Positions 53,165 through 64,000 of a DNA stretch of 64,000 nt are shown here, piece by piece (positions within the stretch are counted from its first letter, which is position 1; each line of letters opens with the position of its first letter). This DNA is from Zygnema circumcarinatum SAG 698-1b. Lineage: Eukaryota; Plantae; Zygnematophyceae. The DNA is taken from NCBI GenBank assembly GCA_037447605.1, contig CM074807.1, positions 1,860,001 to 1,924,000 of the forward strand, in the 5' to 3' direction. The position numbers and the translations under genes are program-made. The notes under the pieces were generated by a model that was not told the origin of the DNA, did no database searches, and saw only the letters and a program-made list of their open reading frames with translations.

Positions 53165-56100
53165 ATGGCAGTGGCAGTACCAGCACTGTATTCGCGAGGA
53201 GGATGCTTTCGTGGACCGCACGCGCAGGGCGTTACAGAAGGAAACAGCGTCCCAAAGCGCAGCTACGGCACGCGGGTAACAGCGCGAGCCCTTCCCTTCG
53301 TCCTGCGCAGGGAGCATTGCAGGCGCAAGGAGGCTGCAACAATTTTGACAGTTGGCAGTTTCTGAGGGGTACTCTCCAAATGCTGAGCGCTTGTAGGTTG
53401 CAGCTGCCTCATAGCATTCGGCCTTCCTGTCTGCATCTCGCTGTGCCTGTACGAGTTGTGCAGGCGGCTCCTTCTACAGGAAGGACGCATCGGCGAGGGT
53501 ATCATTTACATTTCTCTTTATCGCCTCAATGCAAGGTGAGGACCTCACGGACCTCTGTCTGCCTCACTTGCCACTGTTCGAACTGGACTGTTTGACCTCT
53601 CGTTCTCACTACTTCTGGGTATTGGTATTGGTATTTCTGCTGCAGTTCTTGAAGTTGCCTGCACCTGGACTGAGTTTGAACTGTCCTCCGCGGTCGTCTG
53701 GTTCAATATATGTGAGAGCGCTCATATCTGTCTGAGTTGATGCCTTGGTAATCTCACCAGGTTGGAGGAGAGACAAGTTCCGATAGGAATGGGATGGAGG
53801 AGGATTGGCTAATGAAAAATGATGGAACCCTTCGGAACCTGCCGTTAGCAGTAGCTGCAGGCGGAGGCCTTCTTGTGGTGCTTAACAGATGGATCGCGGG
53901 CATAGCAGCAGTGGCAGATGCCGGCAGGTTGGTTACTGCATTCTTGTTGCGCATGCATTTCCTTCACCACCTGCTAGTTCTGAACCATCAATATTTCCTG
54001 CATTTCCGATTCATTTTGCTTCTCTGCCTGGAAATTTCGACAGCCAGAATGGTTCAAGCCTTATTTTATTAAATTGCCATTCGTCTCAGACTAGGAAGTG
54101 CCCTCTTTTAAATTGTTTTTTATCTTCATTTTGATACCTTTCAGCTATTATTCGCTTCTACAAGAAATGGACTTTGTGATGCTTGATGGGCATGCAGAGG
54201 GCGCAGAATGTTGCCTTCTAATCGGTGCAGCTCTCTTCGGGAAGGTGCAGTTCTCAGTCACGCGCTGATGTTCTCTGCTTGGCGCTTGCTGCTACGCTCG
54301 CCCTGAATGGCCTGGTCTGGAAGTCATTGCAAGCCAAGCCTCCAATCTCGGTATGGGAAAGATCTTCTAAAACTTTGGGGTTTCTAACCTGACATATCCA
54401 GGTAGAATTTTTTAGTATAATCAGAGTAAAATCGTGCTGGTGCATAGGGCTTTTTCCTGTAAGCTGTTCTTTTAAGGCACTTTCCTCTGGCTTGAATCCA
54501 TGCTCCAGAGCTGTGAGAGGCTACAGTGCCGTAGAGCTTGCCTCCTCTCTTGCGATCGTTGCAGTGTAGGTCCTTCGAAAGTTACGTCTTACACAGTTGT
54601 GTCTGAGCAAGGGTGGACGAATCTTGAGCACTGGTTTTTGGAGTAGCTTAGCTTTGTCACTAGCTACATATGAGCCTTATTGCGAACATGGATGGGCTTC
54701 GTGACCGATGGCTGGCAGGTGGAACTTGAGGGAGTAAATTGTTTTGAGCTGAACAAGCTTTTACCTTCCAGAGCTCAGATGGAGCTGCAATGGTAGGCCA
54801 TGGAAATATCGTGAAGCTATTTTTCATCGTAGTTGGTTCCTCTCCTGTCTCAACCTTGTGTACGTTTATGGATTGGATTCTTTTACGACAAGTCGCTTGA
54901 GTGTCGGTGGGACTGGGCTCAGGGCATGGGAAAGTATTCGTTCAAACATGCGGTGTGGAGGCCTTGTCATAGTGTATAAAGGGGCTGCTGTCCTGCAGGC
55001 TGGAAAAGCACGAGAAAGTGATGATTTTCCAGGGATGCGAGTAAATATAGACACAACGCGTCTCCTGGAGGGCTCCATTTGTTCCACAGTTCTGGCAACG
55101 AGCAGAGGTCTGTCAGCATATTGTGATTTCATTCCGCATAGAGTATTTTCTTTCATCTATTTGCTGGTGAACCGAAAGGAGAGGACTCTCCTTTGCGAGC
55201 TTCTGGTCGTATTTCGATAGTAGTACTTTCTTTGGCTTTTCTTTAATAGAGAGTTTTCAGGCGCGCCGGGCTTTAAAGTAACGACTGTTTCAGGTTGATG
55301 ACTACGTGTACCCATTTCACAGCATATTGTGCATCGTTGTTGATAGGCAGTCATGCTTCGAGCGGTCCAACGTGCACTTATTTGCAGCAGCAGCTTTTTT
55401 CATTTCCGGGACTTGATAGGTCATGAGAATTAGGCTTGTCGGTCAGGCATCGGGCTGCATGGTTATCGTAGTGCAGCCTTCGGCTGAAGACCGTGAGAAC
55501 ATGAAATGTATGTGATGGGTTCCTGAAGGTTTCATTGCTGACGCGTTGATTACTTCAATCGTGGATTGTGGGAAGGGCAGCCAACTACATGGCCAACCTT
55601 ATGCTTTATCCTGGAAGGTTTCAACTTCCATTTGTTCCTCACAACGCACAGGTAAAGGCCACGCTTTCAGGGGCAACTGCCTCATTTCGATGGAAGTGCA
55701 CCCTCGCTTATTGCTTTGCTGCAAAGCTGATTGATTGGCATTTGAAGTAAGTACCGATGTTATGAACTTGCATTAATTGCCAGCCGTTTCCATGTGAGTC
55801 TCTTTATTGTAGTATCGTTGGCATAGCTCGCTTTGGCACAGCAAAATTGTGAACAGCAAGGGGGGTGACTTCGGAACTAAGGTTTCTATGTTGTGGTATT
55901 GCAGGCAGTAATTGCTCAGCCAGTGGGAACCGATGGCATTATGCTAGTCATCGGTGATACAGTGCGGGGATTCGGTCCGTTGGATCAGGTCAGAGCATAG
56001 AACCTTGAGTGTTATTCAAGCCAAAACGTGGAATGCTGTTGTACGTTTGCATTTCCCACAATATATTGTCTGATGATGCCGATTATGGTCTCCCGTATAC

Positions 56101-56421
56101 CTTTTGTACCTGGGATGGTTTTGTAAACGACCCTTCCCGCTATATGTGAACGTGGTGGATATCTTGGCATTCAAATGTTCATCATTTGGCAGAAGCAAGA
56201 CTCTGCGGCTGTTTCAGCTCATTGGAACGGTTCAATTTGAATTGGCCCGGGGATGCGATGTTGAACATGTTCCGGCACTGTGGTGGATTTCTCCTGCGTC
56301 GGTTCGTGCGTGCAGCCGGCACTGATCACCGCTTGTGGCGCGTGTGCAGGCGTGGATTGCAGCGGTGGCACAAAAGCTCGATTCAACTCTAGCTGACTGC
56401 TCGCCTGAGAGTTTCGCTTAG
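53165..56421 (+). CDS. CCB4: Cofactor assembly of complex C subunit B CCB4 (cytochrome b6 heme ci attachment); start approximate
   Basis: Transit-peptide-like MAVAVPALYSR..., then GTLRNLPLAV...IAAVADAG, SQSRADVL...NGLVW, AWESI...LVIVY, YMANLMLYPGRFQLPFVPHNAQ, AVIAQPVGTDGIMLVIGDTVRGFGPLDQ|AWIAAVAQKLDSTL. Confidence 0.9.
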
Positions 56422-56712
56422 AGTCCTTCGCTGCTTGCTGCCCCTTGCGTTGCTGAAGCTAGATATTGACGGTTATCTTTTCAAACTTTTTTTTGAACTT
56501 CACGATTAGCAACCACAGCTCCGTCAGCCCATAGCTTCGGCTCTTTCACTTGTACGACTAGTTCAACATGTTTTCAAACAGCTTGTTGCTTCTCTCATGT
56601 TCCCTCGTACTCCGAGGGGTCAGCCTGCTCCACCCGCTGCTGCTTGCATACGAGTCGTGGCTCTTGCTGGACGAGTACTCCCACACTCATCAATCGTCCC
56701 CACAGCCCAAGC

Positions 56713-57062
56713 CCCCCCCCGCTCCCCCTCTCCTCGAACTCGCAACCAGAAGATGCGCCCTCCCTCCCACCCTCCCTCCCTCCTTCCTCCCTCACTCCCT
56801 CCCGCCCTCCTTCCTCCCTCACTCCCTCACTCCCTCCCGCCCTCTCACTCCCTCCCTCTCCCTCCCTCTCGCCCTCCCTCTCTCCCTCCTCTCTCCCTCT
56901 CCCTCTCTCTCTCCCTCTCTCTCTCTCTCTCCCTCTCTCTCTCTCCCTCCCACCCTCCCTCCCNNNNNNNNNNCCTCTCTCCCTCCCTCTCTCCCTCCTC
57001 TCTCCCTCTCCCTCTCTCTCCCTCTCCCTCTCTCTCTCCCTCTCCCTCTCTCTCTCCCTCCC
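56713..57062. repeat. CT-rich (CT)n/(CCCT)n tract upstream of KNOX, interrupted by a 10-N gap
   Basis: Pyrimidine-only tract read directly. Confidence 0.92.
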
Positions 57063-57384
57063 TCGAGCACGCTTCGCCCGCCCCGCCAACATCACGTCTA
57101 AGGACGCATAACAACAAAACACCAAGTCTACGAACACCGTTCCGTCGCAGTTCAACTTGCGGCGTTGTATGGTCCGTACCGTACGGCAGCAGTCGCGCAC
57201 CCCTGCGGAGCGCTGCGACCGCCGACCGGCGGCGCGAGCAGTCGCGGGCCGCCGCGCCCCGCCTCGATAGGGACGCCGCCGCCGGGACTGCAGCGGAGCC
57301 TCCCCGCCATGGCCATGGTGCCGCGCCTCCTCTGCGCCGCCGCGGCCGAGGGAGGGGGGGAGACTGCAGACACGTGGAAGGATA

Positions 57385-59813
57385 ATGGCGTCGGAGGCGC
57401 ACCCGTCAGGGATTGGAGATTCAATTAGGTGCTGCAGCTCACGCCTTCTCTGCTCACTTGCATGTACTAGGAAAGGTCGGCAGGGAGAAGGTAGAAGAGG
57501 AAAGAGGGGCCCTTTCGTGAAATAATGATTTCTTTCATTTTAAATTAATCTCTTAGGGCTGTAGTAATGTGCATACGTGGTTCAAGAGCGCCCCAGGTGG
57601 TCGTAGGTAGCAAAGAGGCTTACGTTTTTCGTTGCTGCCGTATTGACAAGATGATTAATATTCACGCTGCAAGTGGCTTGTAGACGGGGAATTCTTCTAG
57701 GACCTTAAGCTGAAATCACACTAGATTTTCATGCCATTTTTCTCCACTAGAACCATGGCAGACTGAGGAATGCGTGATGTTTTAGGCGTATGGTTCTCCT
57801 CCCTTCTTAGAGAGTTTGGGCAAATCCAGAAAAGAAAGGAGAGATCGCTTCATTGAATTTTCTGCCAGTTTTTCCTGTGAATCCTCCACAGATTTATCAT
57901 GACATTCAAATTCATTCAAATATAGTATTCGCTTTTCGTCTGTTCATTGGTTATGTTTTTTGACCTGTTGTTTTCCATTAACAGCCGTCTACTGCAGGCC
58001 CGCCTGGGTGGCCCTTTGCTTCACCTTTTACGCATGAGCTTACACTGACTTCTCCATTATTCCTCGCAGATCCGGTCTACAAATTGCGGGATTGGCAGTC
58101 CCTTCCCTGTCCCCTTCCCCTTCCTGTGGAGAAGCACAGCCAGCGCCGAATCTGGAAAAACAAGTACAGGCCGCAGACTTGCGTGGTGCTGAGGAAGGGG
58201 AGGAATCGGCCCAGGCGTCTTACCTCGCACCATACATGAGTCTTTTTGAAAGTCTGCCTGCGGAGGATGGCAGGGAGGAGGCCGCCATGAGGGCTGCCAT
58301 AGCATCCCATCCTCTTTACTCACAGCTCGTTACAGCCCACGTTGAGTGCAGAAAGGTCAGGCACCACCGCTGTTCCAGAATCTGAATTATGTCCGTACAT
58401 TGAGCAATACTGTACTAATATTGCCAGCTTTCTTTGGGTCCGCTCAGGCGGGAGCAGGCGTTGAAGTGACCGCTCGGTTGGACGAGCTCTGCCGCCAGCT
58501 GCTTGCCAGCCAAACTTCTGCACAGCCTCCGCTGGAAGCTCTCCCTCAGCTTGACGCTTTTATGGTATGTCATTCTATGCTGCAGAACAGTGCTGGATGC
58601 GATTTTATGTCCTCTGCCAGTTAGCTTGTTGTCAGTGGTTAACCGCCACAGCAGAATAATACCTTGCAGGGAAATTACATTTCTCTACTTCTCGCCTATC
58701 GGAACGATCTTGAAAGGCCGTTCGCAGAGGCACAAGCGTTCTGCAACGAATTTGAATCTCGACTCAGCGGCTTCTCCCGTTCATTAGTTCCTTCTGGGAC
58801 AGCTGAATATGCTGGCAGTGAGTGATCTCCTCAGCCGTCGATTGTAATTGCTTTGTAAACGTATCTTGAGAGAGACATGTGATGCAACTACAGGCCTTGC
58901 GATATAGCTGAATGTAATCATCTCCATTCGTCAATTAGATCCTCGGGTTGTAGAATGATAGCTTCGTGAATCAAAGAAGTCTGCATAGACATGACATTAA
59001 GCAAGAAAACGAGGAGGGTGGGGACAGCTGCAGAGGAGCAGCGCGGAGGTGGAGGGTCTGATAGCGGAGGAGAGGACGGCAGTGTTGGAGAGTCTGATGG
59101 GAGAGGGTCGCCATGGGGCGCGGGGAGTGTCGACCCCACTGCTGAGGAGGCAGAACTCAAGCAGCAGCTGAAACAGCGGTACCAGCCATACCTAAGCAGC
59201 CTGAAGCAGGACTGCCTTAAGAAGAGGAAAAAGGGCAAACTGCCGCGAGAGGCCACACAGGCGCTGCTCAACTGGTGGCAGGCCCACCTTAGCTGGCCAT
59301 ATCCCTCTGTAAGTTGCTGCCGGCGTGTTCGTGGCTGCTAATGGCATGCGATGGTGTGTTCAAGAGACGAAAAGGGAATGCATGCACCGTTCACTATATA
59401 TGCAAATGGTAGGAGATTATCCCTCAAGCCTGGATGCAGATGACCCTGATCGCATCAATTTTATCCCAAAACGGCTTCAATCATCGGTTTTGAGCATGGC
59501 ACCGGCACTCATTACATGACTGGACAGCCTATACTTATAGAGTGTCCTTGCCCTCGGGTGGTGCATGGTCACACATTGGTCATTCGAACAATACTACTTT
59601 TTTGCCTTGGTCGTATTGACTATTTACGTTTACTAGAGTTAATTGTATTGTGCGAGTTCGCAGGAGGCAGAGAAGACCGAGCTGGCTGAAGCCACAGGAT
59701 TGGATCCGAAGCAGATCAACAATTGGTTCATCAACCAGCGCAAAAGGCACTGGGGAGGACCTAAGGGGACAGCAATGGATGGGGGCAACGACAGCAAACA
59801 CTCCTTCCACTGA
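57385..59813 (+). CDS. KNOX1: Class I KNOX TALE homeodomain protein (KNOX1, KNOX2, ELK and homeodomain), six exons
   Basis: [23 protein letters not shown]|[14 protein letters not shown]...PQLDAFM|[35 protein letters not shown], and KKRKKGKLP...WPYPS|[30 protein letters not shown]. The ATG at 57385 is chosen because exon 1 (44 nt) joins exon 2 (58070) in phase 2. Confidence 0.93.
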
Positions 59814-60676
59814 AGAGGCTACGGCGACGAGTACCACAGTTTGGACATAGCAGCAACAAAGCTTGGCGTTTCGAATGAGTTTTTATATCAAATCATTTGT
59901 GCCTGGCATACGCATGTCAGCACCTCGCATGTCCTCTGCATGTGTTCATGTTGCCAGTAGTTGTAACTCCTGGCCTTAGATGATCTCATCGGCGGGGCAA
60001 TTTCTTAGAATTTATTCAGGGAGCGTGATCTCGATGGCCCTGCCCCCCGGTTTTAGGAAGTGGTTCATCCTTTTGAGGGAAAAAATGGGAAGCTTACGTG
60101 AGATATATGAGGCGGTTGGATATCCACTGCAAGCGCAGCAATGTAGCTTGCTCATGAATATGTCTCCGTGTGAATTCCAACATGAAATCCAGGATCTTCC
60201 ATGGATACGATAAATAATGTAACTTCAACAAATTTTCTCTATATCTTCTCCGCATTTTTTTGCTTTTGCTTCCTAAGCGTCCCCGCACATCTCTGAATTG
60301 GAATAATTTGTTTGAACAGATGATGGTTGACTGTTGGAAGGCCACTAAAGCAAAGCCAAACTCCAAGGCTTCAATCTCTTAAAGAAACAGTTGGGAGATG
60401 TTCAATGCCACCATATCGAGAAAATAGATCCGAAAATGCCAACACAGCCAGTACAAGACCAGAAGCCGAGCCAGACGAGTACTCATCAAAAGTGACCAAC
60501 GCGGCCAAAGGCCCCCAGCACTCGCCACACGAAGGGCACACAACCTACAAACCAGGCCCTTGCACACAAACATGACCGCTTTTTTTTTTGTTTGAGAACG
60601 ACACACGTGTCCGAAGCCACGTTCCATATACACATACAAAAATGGCGCAGTTGGCTTTTTGCACACTGTGCAGCTG

Positions 60677-63600
60677 CTATTGGCAGAAGTTCATTTCTGA
60701 GTACCGCCGTGGCTTGCTTTGCCGCTGGCCATACTGATCTCCGCCAATTTCTGTCCCAGCCGCAGAGCAACGCCCCCCCTTGCATTAGTCAAAACTAAGT
60801 CCTTGTTTCGTGAACTAGGCACCTCACATCAGCCAAGGGAGAAGCAGCGCAATATCTTAAGAGTTTCAGCGTACATCAACGCCAAAATCTCTCTAACTTG
60901 ACCCTTTGAAATCAGATATGTGCCTCTGTCTACAGCGCAGCAGCAGCTCGAATGACCCGCTCTGCACTTCGTCAGATTCCTTGAAAACAGGGAACTTGCA
61001 AACAACTTAGTCTCAATTTGTTCCCTTTCGCACGCAAAAACCAGAAGCAAATGTGCAACACGATGATGTAGGCAGTGAGAGGATGCTCACCCTGCATAGG
61101 AGGCGGCTTCCACAGACCACCACGAGTCTTCCCTGTAGAATCTCCACTGCAGCCATCACCAGAGACTCGGCCCTTCCCTCTACATCAGCGACCAGCTTGA
61201 AGCATTTCAATGTCGGCAGCTATTGACAAAGGCAGGCAACGCCTCGACAGAGGCAGAGTTCCGAATTTCGCTATTGCACATAAAGGAGCCGCGCAATTAA
61301 CAGTCAGCAAAGACGACGAGATGGAGGGCAGGAACTGCCCCAATAGGGAACATAGACGATATAAGACACACGGACCTGGATGGGCCAAACGGAGGCTGTT
61401 GAGAGGGGGATGCATAGTACACTGTAGATGGAGGCGCTTCCATGGACATGTATGGAGAGCCATAAGCAGGAGCTCCTCCAGGCGCAATCACTGGCACCCT
61501 GCTCCCCCAGCAGAGCCGAGTCATGGACTTCACAACAGCGATACAGCGTGACTACCGCATAGAAATGGTATGCAACCGCACACTACAAGACTACATCCTA
61601 TTGCGGCAAAAGTCATACGCACTCCAAGGTTCCCTTAACCAGGCTGTCGCATACACCTTTCATTGAAAGGAAAACCGCATTCAATCCACTTTCCAAGATT
61701 CATAAGGCAACTCTCCTTCAAGAAACCATGAAGTAATGCACATTTTGGCCTTGGGCAAGTTTTAACGCCATCCTGAATCCGAGAATGTTATGACTTCGCC
61801 AACACTCTGGGGCATACGGTAATGGGGAAAGTCCCCACTTACCAGGTGACTTCTGGACCAGTGTATGCATATTGAGGGGCTCCCGGATTGGCATAGGTAG
61901 CCATTCCTAGGTCAACTCCAGGTACACCCATGGCTCCTCCTTGGCCTCCGTATTGAAGAGCCACTGCATGCAGGCACAAAGACTGTTGAAGCTAAGCTGC
62001 ACCCCTTCATTTTTTAATAATAACTGAACTGTGCACTGAAGATCCTTGTCATCAAGAGGCCAAGATGAGTTGGTACTTTACTCCGAATAGCCACCATTTT
62101 TCAAAACATACGAACGTTCAAGTCAATTCAATTCATCCCCTGTTGCATCACCAACAACCCGAGTAGAAACCGCAGAGAAGGAACAGCGGCTTGGAGTCCC
62201 GGTTTTTGGCTTTGGTCCCTGTTTGACGTGGACTACTCGATCACTCTTCGTGTCTCCTAAAGTAATTCGCCAGATAAAACTCTTCAGTCATTCTAAAGAC
62301 TCCCTCGTTCCTCATTCACAACTATCCAGATAACTCCCATCCACATAACAAAGTTAACAAGAAGTTCTAAAGGGACCATGCCATTCAGAGAGGTTTTCAC
62401 TCCATACCAACCAGAACACCGAGAGAGTTTGAAGGGTAAAGGTACAGCGATTTGATTGAAACGCAGGGGCTATGACACACAGGACACAACGAACTTAGAG
62501 TCAAGTGTAAAATCGCAAATAGTTGAGAAGGATGCCACCATGGAGTTAGCCACGTCATTAAACAGCTTACCTGCATTACCCTGTGGCGAAAAGTCCGGCG
62601 CATTTACACGCATGCCACTGGAACCGTACATGAACGTGTTTGCCCCAGCTACGCCATAAGTGCTCCCGCCTCCACCACTTGGTCCATAAAGGATGCCGCT
62701 TCCAGCTGCATTCCAACTGCCGCCCGGGGCCACAGAACTTCCTCCAGGACCCTCCCGCAGCGGTTGCTGGCTACCAGCTGCCCCTGAACCAGTGGCAACC
62801 TGGGTCTGTCTACCTGTAGTCTGTGCTACTGTGGGTTGTTGAATTCCTCCGGACACCTGACCAGGACCATTTTGCTTTTGATTTGCAGCCTCTCTCCCGC
62901 CAACAGTAGAGATATTTCTAACTGCTGTACCACTACTTGCCTTTTCTGTTTCCCGTTGTGAAACAAGTCCAACAGCAGGAACAGGCGCACCTGCCTCCAC
63001 GCCACTCAGATTACTACTTCCTCGCTCCGAATTAACAGAGTTTTCAGCCTTCCCACTATCGATGCTCCCTTCGCCAACATGTTCAGGTGGCCCGCGCCCC
63101 GTATCCCCTCCTACAAACATACCAGCCCTGCCCCGTCTGATTCCTCTTGCACCTCCTTGATACCCCCGTCCTACCTCACCGGACCCTACATATGAACCCC
63201 TCCCCCCACCTCTACTTGTATTCATTCTTCCACCGTGAGCCTGCCTCCCTCTTCCCACACCTCTTCCAGCATCGCTTGAGCTTCTCCCAGCCGAATCAGC
63301 AGCATAAGTTCTGTTATCCAGCTGAGGTGACTGTCCTTTTTGAGCGACCGCTACCCTAAGGTAAGAGCGGCCATGGCCTCTCCCAGCATTGCTTGCAAGA
63401 TACTCGCCAGTCCCAGGAAGAGGTGGCGGTTGTGCAGATATTCCTTCCCCATTCGTGTTGTCCTCACTGGGCCAAGCAAAAGTTACACACTGGTAAGTGC
63501 TATTACATGAAGGTTCACAACCCATCGATCACACACCACGACAACGACGACGTGGAACACCTAGTGGGACGTCTACTATACCGGATGTGAAGACTTCGTC

Positions 63601-64000
63601 ACACCTCACTCAATTATTTTTCAACACTCTGGTGTTTGAAATTGCCTACTCCGGGCTGGCTTCTTCACAGCATCCTAAGTTTCAAAACAATGCTTGCAAG
63701 GCTGCGTTCCATTACCGTCTACTATCTTTATCCAGAGCATCTGCCTGCGAACGCAGATTTTGCATGCCTTATGGCTTTACATTCAACTTTACAAATGCAG
63801 ACACTCTGTTCACTGCACTAGAAGGTGCTGAATGTAATCAGAAAACACTCCATGATTACCCTGCAAGTCCATAACATGTATAATGGACTTTATTCAACCT
63901 TACATTTCAGACTCCGAGACAAAAACGTAAAGCCACAAAAAACGTGAGTGCCATACTCCATGGAATCAGCTGCCCTATTTGTCAGACATGTTATCCAACC
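60677..64000 (-). CDS. CASC3: CASC3/Barentsz (MLN51) exon-junction-complex protein, C-terminal part; BTZ domain presumably beyond the right edge
   Basis: RGG-rich exon (about 62570-63470), then GVPGVDLGMATY...PEVT|WVPVIAPGG...YGSPYMSME, and terminal KPRRYSEMNFCQ stop. These match the remembered plant CASC3 EMTWLPVLAG and KPRRYSEM motifs. Confidence 0.8.

Noticed and set aside
59325-59519. ORF in KNOX intron 5 as a homeodomain-truncating alternative exon
   Set aside because: No support beyond a possible AG; the canonical YPS|E junction explains the gene.

Overview
Intron-rich eukaryotic nuclear DNA from a green plant. The gene set and intron style fit a streptophyte alga best (Klebsormidium-like is an inference; the species cannot be determined). 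Host genes in order: TPP2 (-, runs off the left edge), class-3 lipase (+), BiP (-), GRP94/endoplasmin (+), HAUS3/AUG3 (-), IDM3/IDM2-like alpha-crystallin-domain protein (+), TrmL/SpoU tRNA methyltransferase exons (-), TSPO (-), CCB4 (+), class I KNOX (+), CASC3/Barentsz (-, runs off the right edge). Most genes form tight head-to-head pairs. The clearest is BiP-GRP94, whose ATGs are 611 bp apart around a perfect plant ERSE, a UPRE core and further CCAAT boxes. The most unusual region is 41961-49000. It is bounded by 17-bp perfect inverted repeats flanked by TA and contains a Harbinger-like transposase N-terminus and nested LTR-retrotransposon pieces around 10-N assembly gaps. It also holds a TrmL gene that lacks one conserved exon and carries a tRNA-shaped element in the intron where that exon should be. 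All family assignments come from remembered motif similarity, not from database searches.
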